From: Vicugna vicugna
Taxonomy: Eukaryota
Reading direction: 5' to 3'
Length of the DNA stretch: 64,000 nucleotides
Assembly: GCA_013265495.1 (NCBI GenBank)
Contig: MU058065.1
Span: forward strand, 9,093,819-9,157,818
Positions within the stretch are counted from its first letter, which is position 1; every line of letters starts with the position of its first letter. Made by a program: the position numbers and the translations under genes. Below, in pieces: positions 38,860-50,832 of the stretch. The notes below the pieces were generated by a model that made no database searches, was not told where the DNA came from, and was given only the letters and a program-made list of their open reading frames with translations.

Positions 38860-39299
38860 CTGTATTTCTTGGCAGAAACTTGATGGGCAAGACTCAGCTC
38901 TGCTGAACATCAGGGATGCTTTAGATTTGTAGCCAATTGATACCCCGGGGGCAGCAGGTGCAGGCTCTTCTTGCTGTTCCTAGAACCGACGTTGGAATCA
39001 AGAACTCTTGCACCCCTCCTCCCCTGGCCTCCCCCTCCCTTCCCCCACCCCAGGGCCTCCCTAGTTACACTTTATCATGACTTACTGTTGGGCTGGTGTC
39101 ACAGAAACACCTTGATTCTTCCCTTGCTGATGAGAAGCATCATGACAGAGTCTGAGAGTGAGCACGATGCTGGCAACATGACATGTGTCACAGGCGGCCC
39201 AGAGAAGGGGGGAGGAGAGGTCTGTTGTGATCCCTCTCTTGGGCTACTCTGATCTGAAACCCTGACTTTATTATCCATATGATAATAAGAAGTTCTTAC

Positions 39300-41690
39300 T
39301 TTCCCCAAAAGGGGAAATTCAAGTCAAGGCCTTTGAGGCAATGGTCAGTTGTAATCTCTTCAAAGGCTTAAAGAAGGTTAACAAACCCAGCTACAGCCCT
39401 TGCTGCCCCAGCTGATCCTGGTGCAGTGCTGGCATTCACCATTTCCGAACTACCCATTCTAGATTTTCCTTACCCTTGACCAACATTTTGGTCTGGTGTG
39501 CTTGCTTGCCTGGTGTGGTGACATAGACCTTCATTTCTGAAGGGTTTCGGCCCCTGGTTGCCTTATTCCTATCAAATCATTTTTGATGCATTGCCTCTTA
39601 TTGGACTCACAAGGGCCAAGAGAAGTTCCAGGGAATCCCTTGGGCTCTAGACACACTCCTCTCTGTAGCAGTGACCCTCACTCCTCAAGGGGATCATCGA
39701 TCCTATCTGCCTGTGTAGTAACTACTTTTTTGCCTACTGGTTCATTGGCATATGGAGCACCAAGTGGTCAGGTGGTAGCTGTAGCCCTCAGTTCAGTGGA
39801 ATCCTTGGTAGAAGAGTTCCCACCCTGTGAGGTAGAACATCCAATTTAGCAAAGAATGTCTGTGGAGATGAGAAGCTCAAATTCTGCAAGTAGGTCACTT
39901 GGAGTTATGGTGGTACAGGGTCAACCCTATATCACATGGGATATCTGTCTGTCTGTCTGTCTATCTATCTGTCTATCTATCTAATCAATTACACCATGAA
40001 AGACAGCACCCCAGCCCCAACAGGTGTCGTCCCTTTGCTGGCACCTTAGCTGAGATTTTCAAAGGCCATTCCACTGCTCTGTCGAGCTAGTTGCTTCTGA
40101 GTGAGAGAATGCATTTTAAAACCAGTGAACTCTATGGCCACGAGCCTGTGGTTGCACTTCTTTCATTGTAAGATACATCCTTTACTCTGAGGAAATGTCA
40201 TACGTATAGTGTTAGTAGATCAGGCTTCCTGTGCGTCCTTAGGTGGTGATGTTGGCACAGGTACTGCGGGCAGGGAGGGCAAACCCATCTCCAGAGTATC
40301 AATTTAGGAAAGTTTGAGTCACCGCTCTCTCTGAGGTAGAAGAGGTCTGATGTAATTGACTGGCCACCAGCTGGCTGGCCAGTCTTTTCAAGACTGAGGC
40401 CACATCAGAGGCTCAGCTTCGGTCTCTATCCTGCAGGCAGGGAACTCAGCAGCAGCAGAGCTAGACTGGCCTTCTGGACAGGGAGACCGGGTCTTTTTGA
40501 TCCATGCTTAGTTTCCATTCTTACTGTTGGTTTCATGGCCCCACTGCACGAGCACTGAGTGACTCAGTAAGAAGCTGACTGACACTCATCGTCTCCTTGG
40601 TTGCTGAGAGCTTGTATGAGAATGTTGTTCTCTGGTGGGTATTAGCGTGTGATAAAAGATCTGCATGCATTGTGTTCACTCCCATTAGGCTATGTACGTA
40701 CATTTCTGGTAGACATCCTTGTCTCATGTCTTGTTCCTTCTAAGTACTGGCCATTTGATCAAATCATTTCCTGCTGCTCAGGACTCAATATATATACTTT
40801 CTTCAGGTTGCTTCTTCTTGAACAGCAAGTGGATAACCAATGCATTGCTCTTAATTCTGCCAAGTGGGAGGATTTCTCTTAACCACGCTTCTTCAGGGTC
40901 AGTCTCGCTTCTGGCTAGCACCAACATATTACATTGTCCCTCTTGTGAGCCAGGCCAAAGTCCTTTCTTCCTCTGACAGTGGCCACAGGGAACCCCCAAC
41001 ACTGCCGTAGGTGTAGCTGGAAGGAAGTTACTGGTACAAGAGAGTTAGGGAAAATGAGCCTCGGCCATCTGCCTATGTAATTTACTCAGGTGCTCTAGGC
41101 TGACCTCAGTCTAACCCTGAATGTGCCCCTTCCATTAGGTCGTAAATTTTGTCATCCCCACCTGGCCCAGTGACTTGGTGGATCTGATAACACTCAGCTT
41201 ATGATGTGAAACAGCTGCTGTCTCACAGTCACTTGGTGTTCCATGATGATGACCACATTTTTATTTGTGACTTGCGTCATGCTATTTTTCCAAAGAGGGA
41301 GTTGTTCTCGGCCACAAAAAAATGCAAGTGGGCTCCAAAATCTTAAGGGTCTGTCTGTGATACGATTCTTCTAATGAGAGTTTTCAGAGTCCCTGCAGTG
41401 TTATTGACCTTCAAAGCTGATGAATCATACAGCTCAAGTGGCAGGGCAGCTGTCACCGCACAGACTGGCGCAGAGCCCTTTCTCCTCTGGGCCACATTTG
41501 AAACTGGCCCTTCTTTATATGGATCTGATTGACAAAGTGAGAGAGTGAGAACCCACACAGTATTCTAGCTGGCTGTCTCTCCGTCTCACTCCTAGGATGG
41601 TCATGATCCATTACCCACCAGCAGCGGTCCCTGTGGATCTGGGTGGCACATGAGTTGGGCCTCATATAGTCATCTTCCCTTCCAGGAAAT
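39300..41690 (-). mobile_element. Degenerate ERVL/MaLR internal sequence with pol remnant
   Basis: Minus-strand peptides GQFQMWPRGERALRQ and TAALPLELYDSS (41343-41665) resemble the ERVL RT connection region (FEWGPEQEKALQQVQAAVQAALPLGPYDP). Boundaries approximate. Confidence 0.65.
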
Positions 41691-43424
41691 AAAGCTTGAT
41701 GTTAAAGTTAAGCCTGCTTAAAAGTGCGGCAAGTTGGTACCCTACCTCTCTTAATGAGAACCTCTCCTCATTTCATAATTTCATAGACTCACAGGACTGG
41801 AAAGTTCTGTACAAATCATTTGGTTCTGCTCCATATTTTTCAGGTGAGATGAGAGTTTTACAAAGCTTAGGTGACCCTCTCAAGCCAGCAGTAAATGGAG
41901 AAGAGGGACCGCCTCCCTCCAGAACAGGCTTCATTCTGTGATACCACACTGATAAGGCGGTGAAGGGGGGTTAGCTGGCCCCACTTTTGTCTTTATCAAA
42001 GTGTTCTGAAGGTGTTGGTTTAGTGAGGTAACGTCTAGGAACTGTTTTAAGAACATTAGAGGAAAGATGTTATGTAGTTTTGAAGTACTGCTGTTGGTTT
42101 TGGAACAAAAATTCTTTCCACAATACTAGCTTGCCTTGGTGGTGAATTGAAGTGTTACAAGAACCTGTATTTCCCGAGGTGAGACCTCATCTTCGTATGT
42201 GAAATAGAGCGTAAGGCAGAGAAGGAGGTGCAATAAACAGAGGTGAGTGTGTCACGTGGAGGTACTGCCTCCCCTGAATTCCAAATCTGTGTTAAACACC
42301 CTCAGGGATTGGCTGGGAGGTGTCCTCCCTCTGTTCTAGGTCCACACCTAAGTGGAAACATGGCATTCTGTGCCCTCTTGAGCAAAGCTATTGAAGAAGC
42401 GTGTACAGCTGTCTTAAAGGTCAATATGCCCCTGGAATAGAAACCTTTGTTCCTTGAAAATAGCCTCATTTCTAACCAATCTACTTTCTTTGCCCTTGGT
42501 GGACACATTGACTTCAGTGACACCCGGAGTTGCCTCCCCTCCTGACAGGTGCACTGACAGCATAAAGATTTGAACTCCACCTCCCAACACCTTCATTTCT
42601 GGAGCTACAGAAGCTGCATGAGGGTGTACCAAGCTTTCACTTTATGTTCCAAATAACATCCTGGGAAACTTCTTGTTTTTATTTCCTGCCTGAGAAAATT
42701 AAAAAAATAATCCTGGCTTGCTAAAATCTGTTTTCTATCATGTCTTAAATGAACCTGGCACCAATTTGCTGGAATATCTGCCCCAGCTCTGTGGGAGGAA
42801 ACTGATGAGCTGGCTTCGAATTTCCACGAGTGGATGCCAACCATGGTGCACTCTGGTGCTGCTTTCAGATGCTTTTTGCCAAGGGCAGAGTCTCGCTTCT
42901 GATTTCACAGCAAATCAAACCCTGAATGAGAAGACAGCTGTAGATAGGAGGAAAACAGCATCTCTTCAACCTGTCAGCTCTTCTCCTTCTATCTCTTCCC
43001 ACCACAGAAGGATCCGTTGACATGCAAGAGGAATAATACAGATTAAACACAATTCAGTGAAGTGTGAGAAAAAGCATAGGGAGTTTCCAGGCAAGACTGT
43101 CACATCAGCAGTGCAAGTAAAGCGTTTCAACTAGTGTTTCCATCGTAGAAAGGATGCTCACTTCCAGGGCCTGCCAGGGGCTACTTGGGCTCCTGAAAAC
43201 CCCTCTTGGAATGGAAGTAATAGCACACATTTTTGTGCAGGTGGAATTTCCTTTTTTAAATCCCTTTTAGCTTGAGAGAGGCTATTGCCCTTCTGTGGCA
43301 CCGTGATGCCGAGGCCTGAGAAGCACACAATCCCGCGCTCCGGAGGTTGTTTCCTGAATTATACAGGGTGTTCTCTCCAGTGAACTCTCCTTTGGAGGCT
43401 TCCTGAAATGTCAGGGTCTATCAC

Positions 43425-43700
43425 CTGCTGCCGAGGAGAATCCATTACGGGCTTGCACGCGTAGGCCAAAAAATCAGACTTCACCCACTAACGCAGACCG
43501 GGCCGGGGCTGCAGAACTGGACCCCCTAGAAGTGTGCTTTTTTGTTTGTTTATTTGTTTTCCTCCCTTTCTTTTTATATGAAGAAAGCTTGTTGAATGTA
43601 CATGCCTCTCAGATCTGGGAGTTGCAGTAAAGCCTGCAGAAATCCAGGAGGGGCAATCCCGGAGCCTTTGACAGATATTGGAGGACTTTCTGCCTCTGCT
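43425..43700 (-). promoter_or_regulatory. Candidate distal STAT4 promoter and alternative first exon
   Basis: Minus-strand TATAAAAAG at 43570-43578, local CpG cluster ~43300-43510 and donor CAG|GTGATA at 43425/43424. kB-like sites lie at 43079-43088, 43243-43251, 43650-43660 and ~43681-43690. Confidence 0.5.
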
Positions 43701-43716
43701 TGAACCTGCGCCCTCA

Positions 43717-44136
43717 TGTATGGTCAGGCCGCTCAAGACGGCTGCGCTCTTGCTCTCTGTATCCTTGCTCCACCAGCCTCTGCTTCACTCACATGACTAT
43801 TCAATCCTCTTGATTATCGGGTTTAATCAGTAGCTGCCTCCGTGCTTGCCCCGCCCCAGCCGCTGGTTTCCCTGGTAACTGATGAGCCACCTGACATCAA
43901 TTCCCCCTGTAAATGGTAGCCTCATTCTCCCCGGAGTAGCAAAGATCGCAGCCACGTCCTGCCTGCCATCCGCTGTACACGGTGCAGGTGTCGCTCCAGG
44001 ATCCTTTGTCTCGGACTTGTAAGATCCCCTCCATTCAGTAAACCATTGATGTCTCTGCCGCTGTCTCCAGGCTGTTTCTCCAGTCTTGAGACTGGGCAAG
44101 CACAAGCCTGGCAGGACTGCAAGGGGCAGCCCAGCA
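43717..44136 (+). repeat. 5' LTR of ERVL provirus
   Basis: Starts TG, ends CA, has an AGTAAA poly(A)-like signal near 44037, and aligns end to end with 45560-45973. Confidence 0.88.
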
Positions 44137-45559
44137 ATCTGTGAACCAGCCAGGACACCGAGGAAACTCCCGTGAGTGCTGCAATGTTGGGAAATAGGAT
44201 GGGGAATGCAAAGTTGCGGGGGTGATCATGGCTTCCCGCTGTCCCCTAACAGGTGGGGCCCTGTGGCAGCTGACCACCATGACAGACATCTTTCTCTTCC
44301 ATTATGTGGTTGATATCCTATTAACCTTAGAGTCTCTCTCCAGTTTGGAAGTAGCCACCCCACGCTCATGGCTCTGACTCCATGGGGATGACTGGTGAGT
44401 ACAGACAAAACGCAAGGGCCTGGATTATCTGTTAAATACTTGGGTGTTATCTGGTGGGTGAGACAAGTATACCCCCAACCGACCACATCGATAGCGACCA
44501 GTGGCCATGAAGTTCAGGAATGGGCTGATAAAAATGACATATGCTGTCATTTCCACCTGTCTTACAACCCCACTGTTGCCGACCTATGAACGGACCACTG
44601 AACAATTGACGAGGGAAGCTGCTTTCTCAGCATGTGGACCAGGAGGCTAACTCAAGCCCTAGGAACCAGAACTGCACATTCCAGGAGCAATTGTCCCAGT
44701 GCCTACGCCATGTTAACCCAGAGGCAACCAGTCAACCCAATCCAAGTTCAACTGTCGACCAGCAAAGGACTGTTGCCAACTATCAGTCAGAACAATTCAC
44801 TTTTGCCCTTGTCACAGGATCGACCCCCAGGTGAACACATTATAGAATGGCCCTGGGACTGACAGGTAAGTCCCCGGTGGTTTGGGTTTGCCACACTGTG
44901 GGGAATAGGATTAGAAAGGGACTTACAGGTTTCCCTTGGCTTCTGTGCGGCTCCACCTAGACTACCGGGCCCCCTGCTGGAGACAGCCCCTTTATGTTAA
45001 CCCTACGGTCTGTTGTTAAACCACCTCTCCAGTCCTCAGTCCTCGGCATCAGCTGTGGGGACTGAGGGTGGACAGGCGGGAGGAACTGCAGGCTAGGATG
45101 AAAACCACAGGCAGGGGCGGTGTTATCTCAGAATGCTGGTACTGCTTGTATTTTGCTTAATGGTCACGAACTCACCTGTTTTGTGCCTCTTCAACATCTT
45201 ACACTTTGTCCCTAGTCTGAGCAGAAGGAAGCTGTTCTAGGGCTGGGCGACAGTGGTGGCTTCACTGCGAGATGAGTCTGATTGCTGGGTCTACAGCGAG
45301 ATGCCATTGTGGTCCTCCTCTGGATTTCCGTGAAAAATTGACCTGGTAAGCACCTGACTCCAAAGTTTGCCCACCTCTTGGTGAATTACTACCTTTTGTA
45401 CACTAGGTTTCTTACTCTTGATAATATTTGGCTGCGGGAGTCTCTCCTGCATTTGTAGTATTTGGTTGCACCGCACTTCTACATTCCTGACCCCAGGGAT
45501 ATCATGGAAGAAGGGCAGACCCAGATTGTAAGGACTGTGCGGGGTGCGTAGGGGTGGAG

Positions 45560-45973
45560 CATATGGTCAGGCCACTCGAGATGGCTGTGCTCTTGATCTC
45601 TGTACACCCCTGCTCAGCCCGCCCCTGCTTCACTCACATGACTATCCAATCTCTTAATTGTCGGGCTTCATCAATAACTGGCTTCCTGCTTGGCCCGCCC
45701 CAGCTGCTGGTTTCCCTGGTAACTGAAGAGCCACCTGACATCAATTCCCCCTGTAAATGGTAGCCTCCTTCTCCCCCGGGCAGCGAAGATGGCTGCCACG
45801 TCCTGCCTGCTGCTGTACACGGTGAGGTGTCACGCCAGGCTCCTTGGTCTCGGATGTGTAAGACCCCCCGTCCAGTAAATCGTTGATGTCTCTGTCACTG
45901 TCTCCTGGCTCTTTCTTCGGTCTTCAGGCTGGGTGACTACGAGGCTTGCAGACCTGCAGGGTGCAGCCCAACA
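45560..45973 (+). repeat. 3' LTR of ERVL provirus
   Basis: Follows the PPT, ends CCCAACA, has AGTAAA near 45874, and is homologous to 43717-44136. Confidence 0.88.
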
Positions 45974-46659
45974 CCTTAGCAGAGCAGTCTGAGTAAGAAC
46001 ACTAGCAGTATTCCTGGGGCGTCTCTGAGATTAGGTGTCGTCTCCAAGCACCCACTAAAGGGCCTGACCTGCCACCTGAGCACAGATGCGGAGTTATCTC
46101 CAAAACGAGGAGCAGGAGTGTTCATGGGTGCTATGCTAGAGCAGACAAACTGTCTTGGACACGTATGCACAAGTGCAAAACTGCAGTGTAGTATCAAAAC
46201 CAGGATATTGGCCCTGATCATCTCTTAGTCGCATGTATAGTAATGGTATCATTAATAAAGCACAAATGTAAATATGTATATATTTTAAGAAATAAGGCTG
46301 TAGATATTTATGAACGCATGTGCATGAGGGAATTAATCATAATAGTGAAATGGAAAAAACTAAAAATTATGCTGTATCTCTTAAAAACCAAAGCTCAAAT
46401 GATTGTTGAGTGTTGGGATTAGAGGTGATTTTTTATTTTATTTTCCTGTTATGTCTATATTTTTTCTTTTCTACAATTTAATATTACCTTTATACTAAAA
46501 ATTAAAGGTCAAAAAAACCCCTTTCCTTTGGGTATGATATGGGTACAGCCTGAGAGTAAACATAAAAATATCTAGAATGGTCAGAATTACCTTCAAAAGG
46601 GCCTAGTTTACTTTTCTGTCATGTGTTGTTAGTTGGAGTAACAGCGTCTATGTATACAC

Positions 46660-48205
46660 GTTTTTCTAGTTGAGTTAGTTACACGCTCACAAGCACTCGC
46701 AAGGAACAGAGCAGAGAGCCCTCGCGCGCTGGACCCGGCTTCGCCCAGAGGTAACACTCTGCTAAACTGTCATCACAGCCAGCACACGGACATTGATATG
46801 ATCCACCGACCTTATTCAGATTTTCCCAGTTTTACTTGTGCTCATTTGTCTGTGTGCTGTGGGTGCACACACACTCGTGGACTGAGTCCCACGTGATCTT
46901 ATGACCTGTGTAGGGCTGTGACCACCGTGGGTAAGACACTGAACAGTCTCAGCACCAGAAGAACCCCTCACATTGTTGCCTTTTCATCACTACACCCACC
47001 TTCCTCATGCCACCTCCCCAGTCTCTCCCCTCTGTCAACTGCTAACCTGCTGCTCCATTTCTGAAGTTTCAAAATGTCATTTCAAAAATGTTATACAGAT
47101 GGGATTATATACGACGTAGCCTTTTGGAATTGGCTGTTTTCACTCAGCATAAATCCCTGGAGATTTGTCCAAGTTGCAGCCATGACAACAGTCCGTTCCC
47201 TTTCATTGGTGAGCAGTACTCCATGTTTACATGAGCCGCAGTGTAACCATTCACCTGTTGAAGGACACGGGGTTGATTCCTCGTTAGGGCCATTACAAGC
47301 AAAGCTGCTAGGAACATGTGTGTACAAGTTTCTGTGTGACCAGACATTTTCATTTTTTTTGGAATAAATACTCTAGGAATGCAGTTGTTGGGTGATATGA
47401 CAGCTGCATGTAGTTTTATAAGAAACTTTCAAACTGTTCCAAAGTGGCTGTATCATTTTCCATTCCCAACAGCAATGTATGAGTTATCCAGCTTCCCCTT
47501 ATGCTCCCCAGCATTTGGTACTGTCACTTTTTTATTTGAGTCATTCTGATAGTTAAGTAGTGATAGCTCATTGTGGCTTCAGCGTGCACCTCCCTAACGG
47601 CCAATGATGTCGACCACCTTTTCAAGTGCTTGTTTGTTATCTGTATATCCTCTTTGGAGAAATGTCTATTTTATGTCTTTTTGCCCCCTTTAAAATTGGA
47701 TTGTTTGCTTTAACTTCTGAGTTTTGATTTCAAAATGTAGCATATTATAGATACTAGCCTTTTGCTACATAGATAATTGGCAGATATTTCCTCCGAGTTT
47801 ATAACTTTTCATCCACTTCACATGGGCTCTCACAGAGCAAGTTTTCAATTTTATAAGGTCCAATTTGTTGATTTTTCCTTTTATAGATCATGATTTTGGT
47901 ACCAAGTCTAAAAACTCTACCTAGACTTAGGTCTCAAAGACTCTGTTTTTGCTAAAAGTCTTATAGTTTTATGCTTTACAGTTAAGTCTATGATCCATTT
48001 TGAGTTAATTTTTGAATGGTGTGTGAGACTTAGGTCAAGACTCATTTCTTTCTTTTCTTCTCTTCCCTTTCCCTTGCTCTCTCTCGTTTTTCCTACGATG
48101 CCCAACTGCTCCAGCACCATATATTGAAAGGCTGTCCTATCTCCATTGAATTGCTTTCTTACCTATGTCAAAAATCATATAAAAATGTATGGGTCTATTT
48201 CAGGG
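46660..48205 (-). mobile_element. Antisense L1M 3' region
   Basis: TTTTCACTCAGCATAA, CCAAAGTGGCTGTATCATTTTCCATTCCCAACAGCAATGTATGAG and TATGATCCATTTTGAGTTAATTTTTG. Confidence 0.82.
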
Positions 48206-48839
48206 TGTCAACAGCATTTTGACACAGCACCCACTTCACATGGAAAGGTAGAAAAGAGGACTTACTGCTTTACTGTGCACGAAAGAAGAGGGGTCTCTGT
48301 GGGGTTATTGGTGTAAGGGAGCCAAATGGAGAATCAGTGACTAAGCGCAGGATGGGGCCCACAGAGGGAACATCTGCCTGGCTACTGTTGAAACATCAAG
48401 CCTGAGCTTAAAAAAAAATCACTCTTGCTTAAGGCATACAGCAGAAGATTGTGGTCAGTTCTCTGCCTCCCTTTTGTCTCTTACTGTTTTAATCACTTAA
48501 AAGAGATGGGGCTCTTTGATTCCTCCACTATTTTCTGTTACAGATGATCAAAGACTAATTTTTAGGATATCTCTTTGAACTCTCAGTGTTTGCCAGAGGC
48601 TACAATTATCACCTTCAAAGTGTTTCCTTCCCCCTTACCCCCCTGCTGCCTGTGTATTTGCAAGTGTCCAGACACGTGGCTGATGGGGGTGCCTCTCGGC
48701 GGTTTTTCATGTGAAGGGGTTACCATGAATCTAGAGGACCCCATGAATCATCTTCAAGGAATCTGAAATATTTATGAGGACTAAGTATATGTTTCCATCA
48801 TAGATCCTTAACATTTTAGCTTCCTGGACTACGTGAAAA

Positions 48840-49245
48840 TAGTTCCAACATGCAGTTCAAATTAAAGCTTTGTAGAGGGAAAAAGGAAGGCTTCAGGTCT
48901 GGCATGACTGGAGGCTGTTGGCGGGAGGAAGCTGTAGGCAACTAACTAATCAGGGAATTGCAGTGTAAGTGGTTTGAGATGCATATTTCACTTTATCTGG
49001 TTGGTCCTAAGTTGGAAATGGGACCAAAAATTATGAAAGCTGCCAGTTATTAATCAAATCCTGATTGTTTGGAGCCAGTTACTACAGGGGATTGTTTGGT
49101 TTCATGGACTGATTGCAAGAAATAGTAGTCTGACTTCCTGGGCTGCATAGTAGGTTGGCTTTCTGGGCTGCTTGCTACAGTTTGTGGATTAGAGTCCTAT
49201 ATTTGTCTAGAGAATCTGGCCATTGTCTGTACAGTCAGGCTCTTA
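48840..49245 (-). mobile_element. Solo LTR, ERV1-like (MER90/MER110-type)
   Basis: Minus strand begins ...ACAGACAATGGCCAGA.. with repeated GCAGCCCAG(G/A)AAG units typical of this LTR group. Subfamily uncertain. Confidence 0.5.
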
Positions 49246-50009
49246 AGAGTTTAAGCAACTTGTCTGTGAACAGATAACAGAATTAAGATTCAGACTTGTG
49301 ATGCAACGAGAATATGAATTTTATCACCTCAAAATACTGCCTCTGTGGAAGGATTCCCAGTGAAAGGGTGGCAGAGATAACCAAGTTGGCAAATGCGATT
49401 GCATTTTAGCCGATACCTGCTGCTGAACTTACCCATCTGACTCCTATCTTCCTTCTTAACTAAACTCTGATTTTATTTATGTAGCAGGACTGACTCAGGG
49501 GAAGCTGACTCTTTCTCCAGTTCCAACCCTGATTTTTCTAAGCCAACAGCATTTGGCATTGCTCTGGTCACCTTTTCCCCTTGCCACCCCAGCCTAGGCA
49601 TAAACATGTGAACTAATTTGGCCCAGAAAGAATGGAAAATGGAGGGAAGATTTTCTTTCTAACTGGGCGGCAACAAAGGTGCACATGCGCACCCTTTGCT
49701 ACTGGTTGCCATCACTGACCACGAGAGCAAGGAACCTTTGGTAAAGTCGGTGCTGCTGGCACCAGAATTAAAAGGCAAAGAGCACCTGGATTCTTTATGA
49801 CATCAACGAACCACTGATTTGACCAATTCTGCAGCCACCATTTCTATTGACTTCTGTTACATGAAATAACTTCTTCATCGCTTAAGCCAGGTTGAGTTAG
49901 GTTTCCTGATACACGGAGCGAAAGCATCCAAGCAAACACAGCAGCTTAGCAAAGAGTCTTTGCCTTCACTCTCTATCCCAAGTCTGTTGGTAAACCTTTG
50001 AATATTCAA

Positions 50010-50250
50010 TAGAGCAAAATGGTTAACAGCTATTGCCCTGGACCCCGAAGGCCTGCGTGCAAGGCCAGCTCCACTTCTTTGTGATTGCTGACTTTGGGAA
50101 AGCTACTTAATTTCTCTGTGCTTCACCCTTTTTTTTAAACTGGAGATAATGATGGTACCTGACTCATAGGATCGTGATGATTTTAAGAACTAACATATGT
50201 CAAGTGCTCAGAATAGTGTCTGGAACATTATAAGAGCTATGCGGGTGTTC
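50010..50250 (+). mobile_element. MIR SINE
   Basis: GGTTAACAGC..CTTTGGGAAAGCTACTTAATTTCTCTGTGCTTC..GATAATGATGGTACCTGACTCATAGG..AAGTGCTCAGAATAGTGTCTGG. Confidence 0.75.
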
Positions 50251-50832
50251 ATTGTTAGATTTAATATTTAAAACTTAGCAAGTATTCTCGAACCTTTCTT
50301 CCAGAATTTAAAAAACAAGAATCTTCTTACCGTTTAAAACTTTAAATCATTTACATTACCGAAGCAAGTGAATCTAGTTCAACTTTTCACCTCTGCTTCA
50401 AATGTGTGGCCAGGCTCCAGCATCCCAGGAGAACTCAGATGAAAGGGTCACTCTTAGTCTCCTTTCTTTGAATGCCTCGTGTCCTGACAATTGATGTTTC
50501 AACCCTGTGTTCAATAGATTCATCTTTGCTTTCATTCTGCCTCTTCCAATGTTTCCTAAACATCTTAATAACTGTCCTGTTAACATCTTTCCTTTAAAAA
50601 TTGTTAAAAACCCACCACTTTCAGACAACATGTTCTGAGGGAGCGATGTAGTCCGTTCCTGATTGCATCAGCGTTCTGTCTCCTTTTTCAGTGGGGAATG
50701 TTCAACCAAGAAAAAACTACCTGAGTGCTTACTGTGTGCCAGGTACTGTGCTAATTGTTTCTACTATTTCTTGAATAATTTATTTCTATTAATGATGTAC
50801 ACACAAATTGGGTATTTTTTTTTTTGAGTTTT

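Larger units (their letters stand above)
43717..45973 (+). mobile_element. Internally deleted ERVL (class III) provirus with both LTRs
   Basis: Direct repeats at 43717-44136 and 45560-45973, with near-TSD CCTCA (43712-43716)/CCTTA (45974-45978). A PBS-like TGTGAACCAGCCAGGA follows the 5' LTR and a PPT-like AGGGGTGGAG precedes the 3' LTR. Pol remnants QGPGLSVKYLGVIW (RT) and EVQEWADKNDICCHFHLSYNPT (integrase-like) lie in 44395-44589. Confidence 0.9.
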
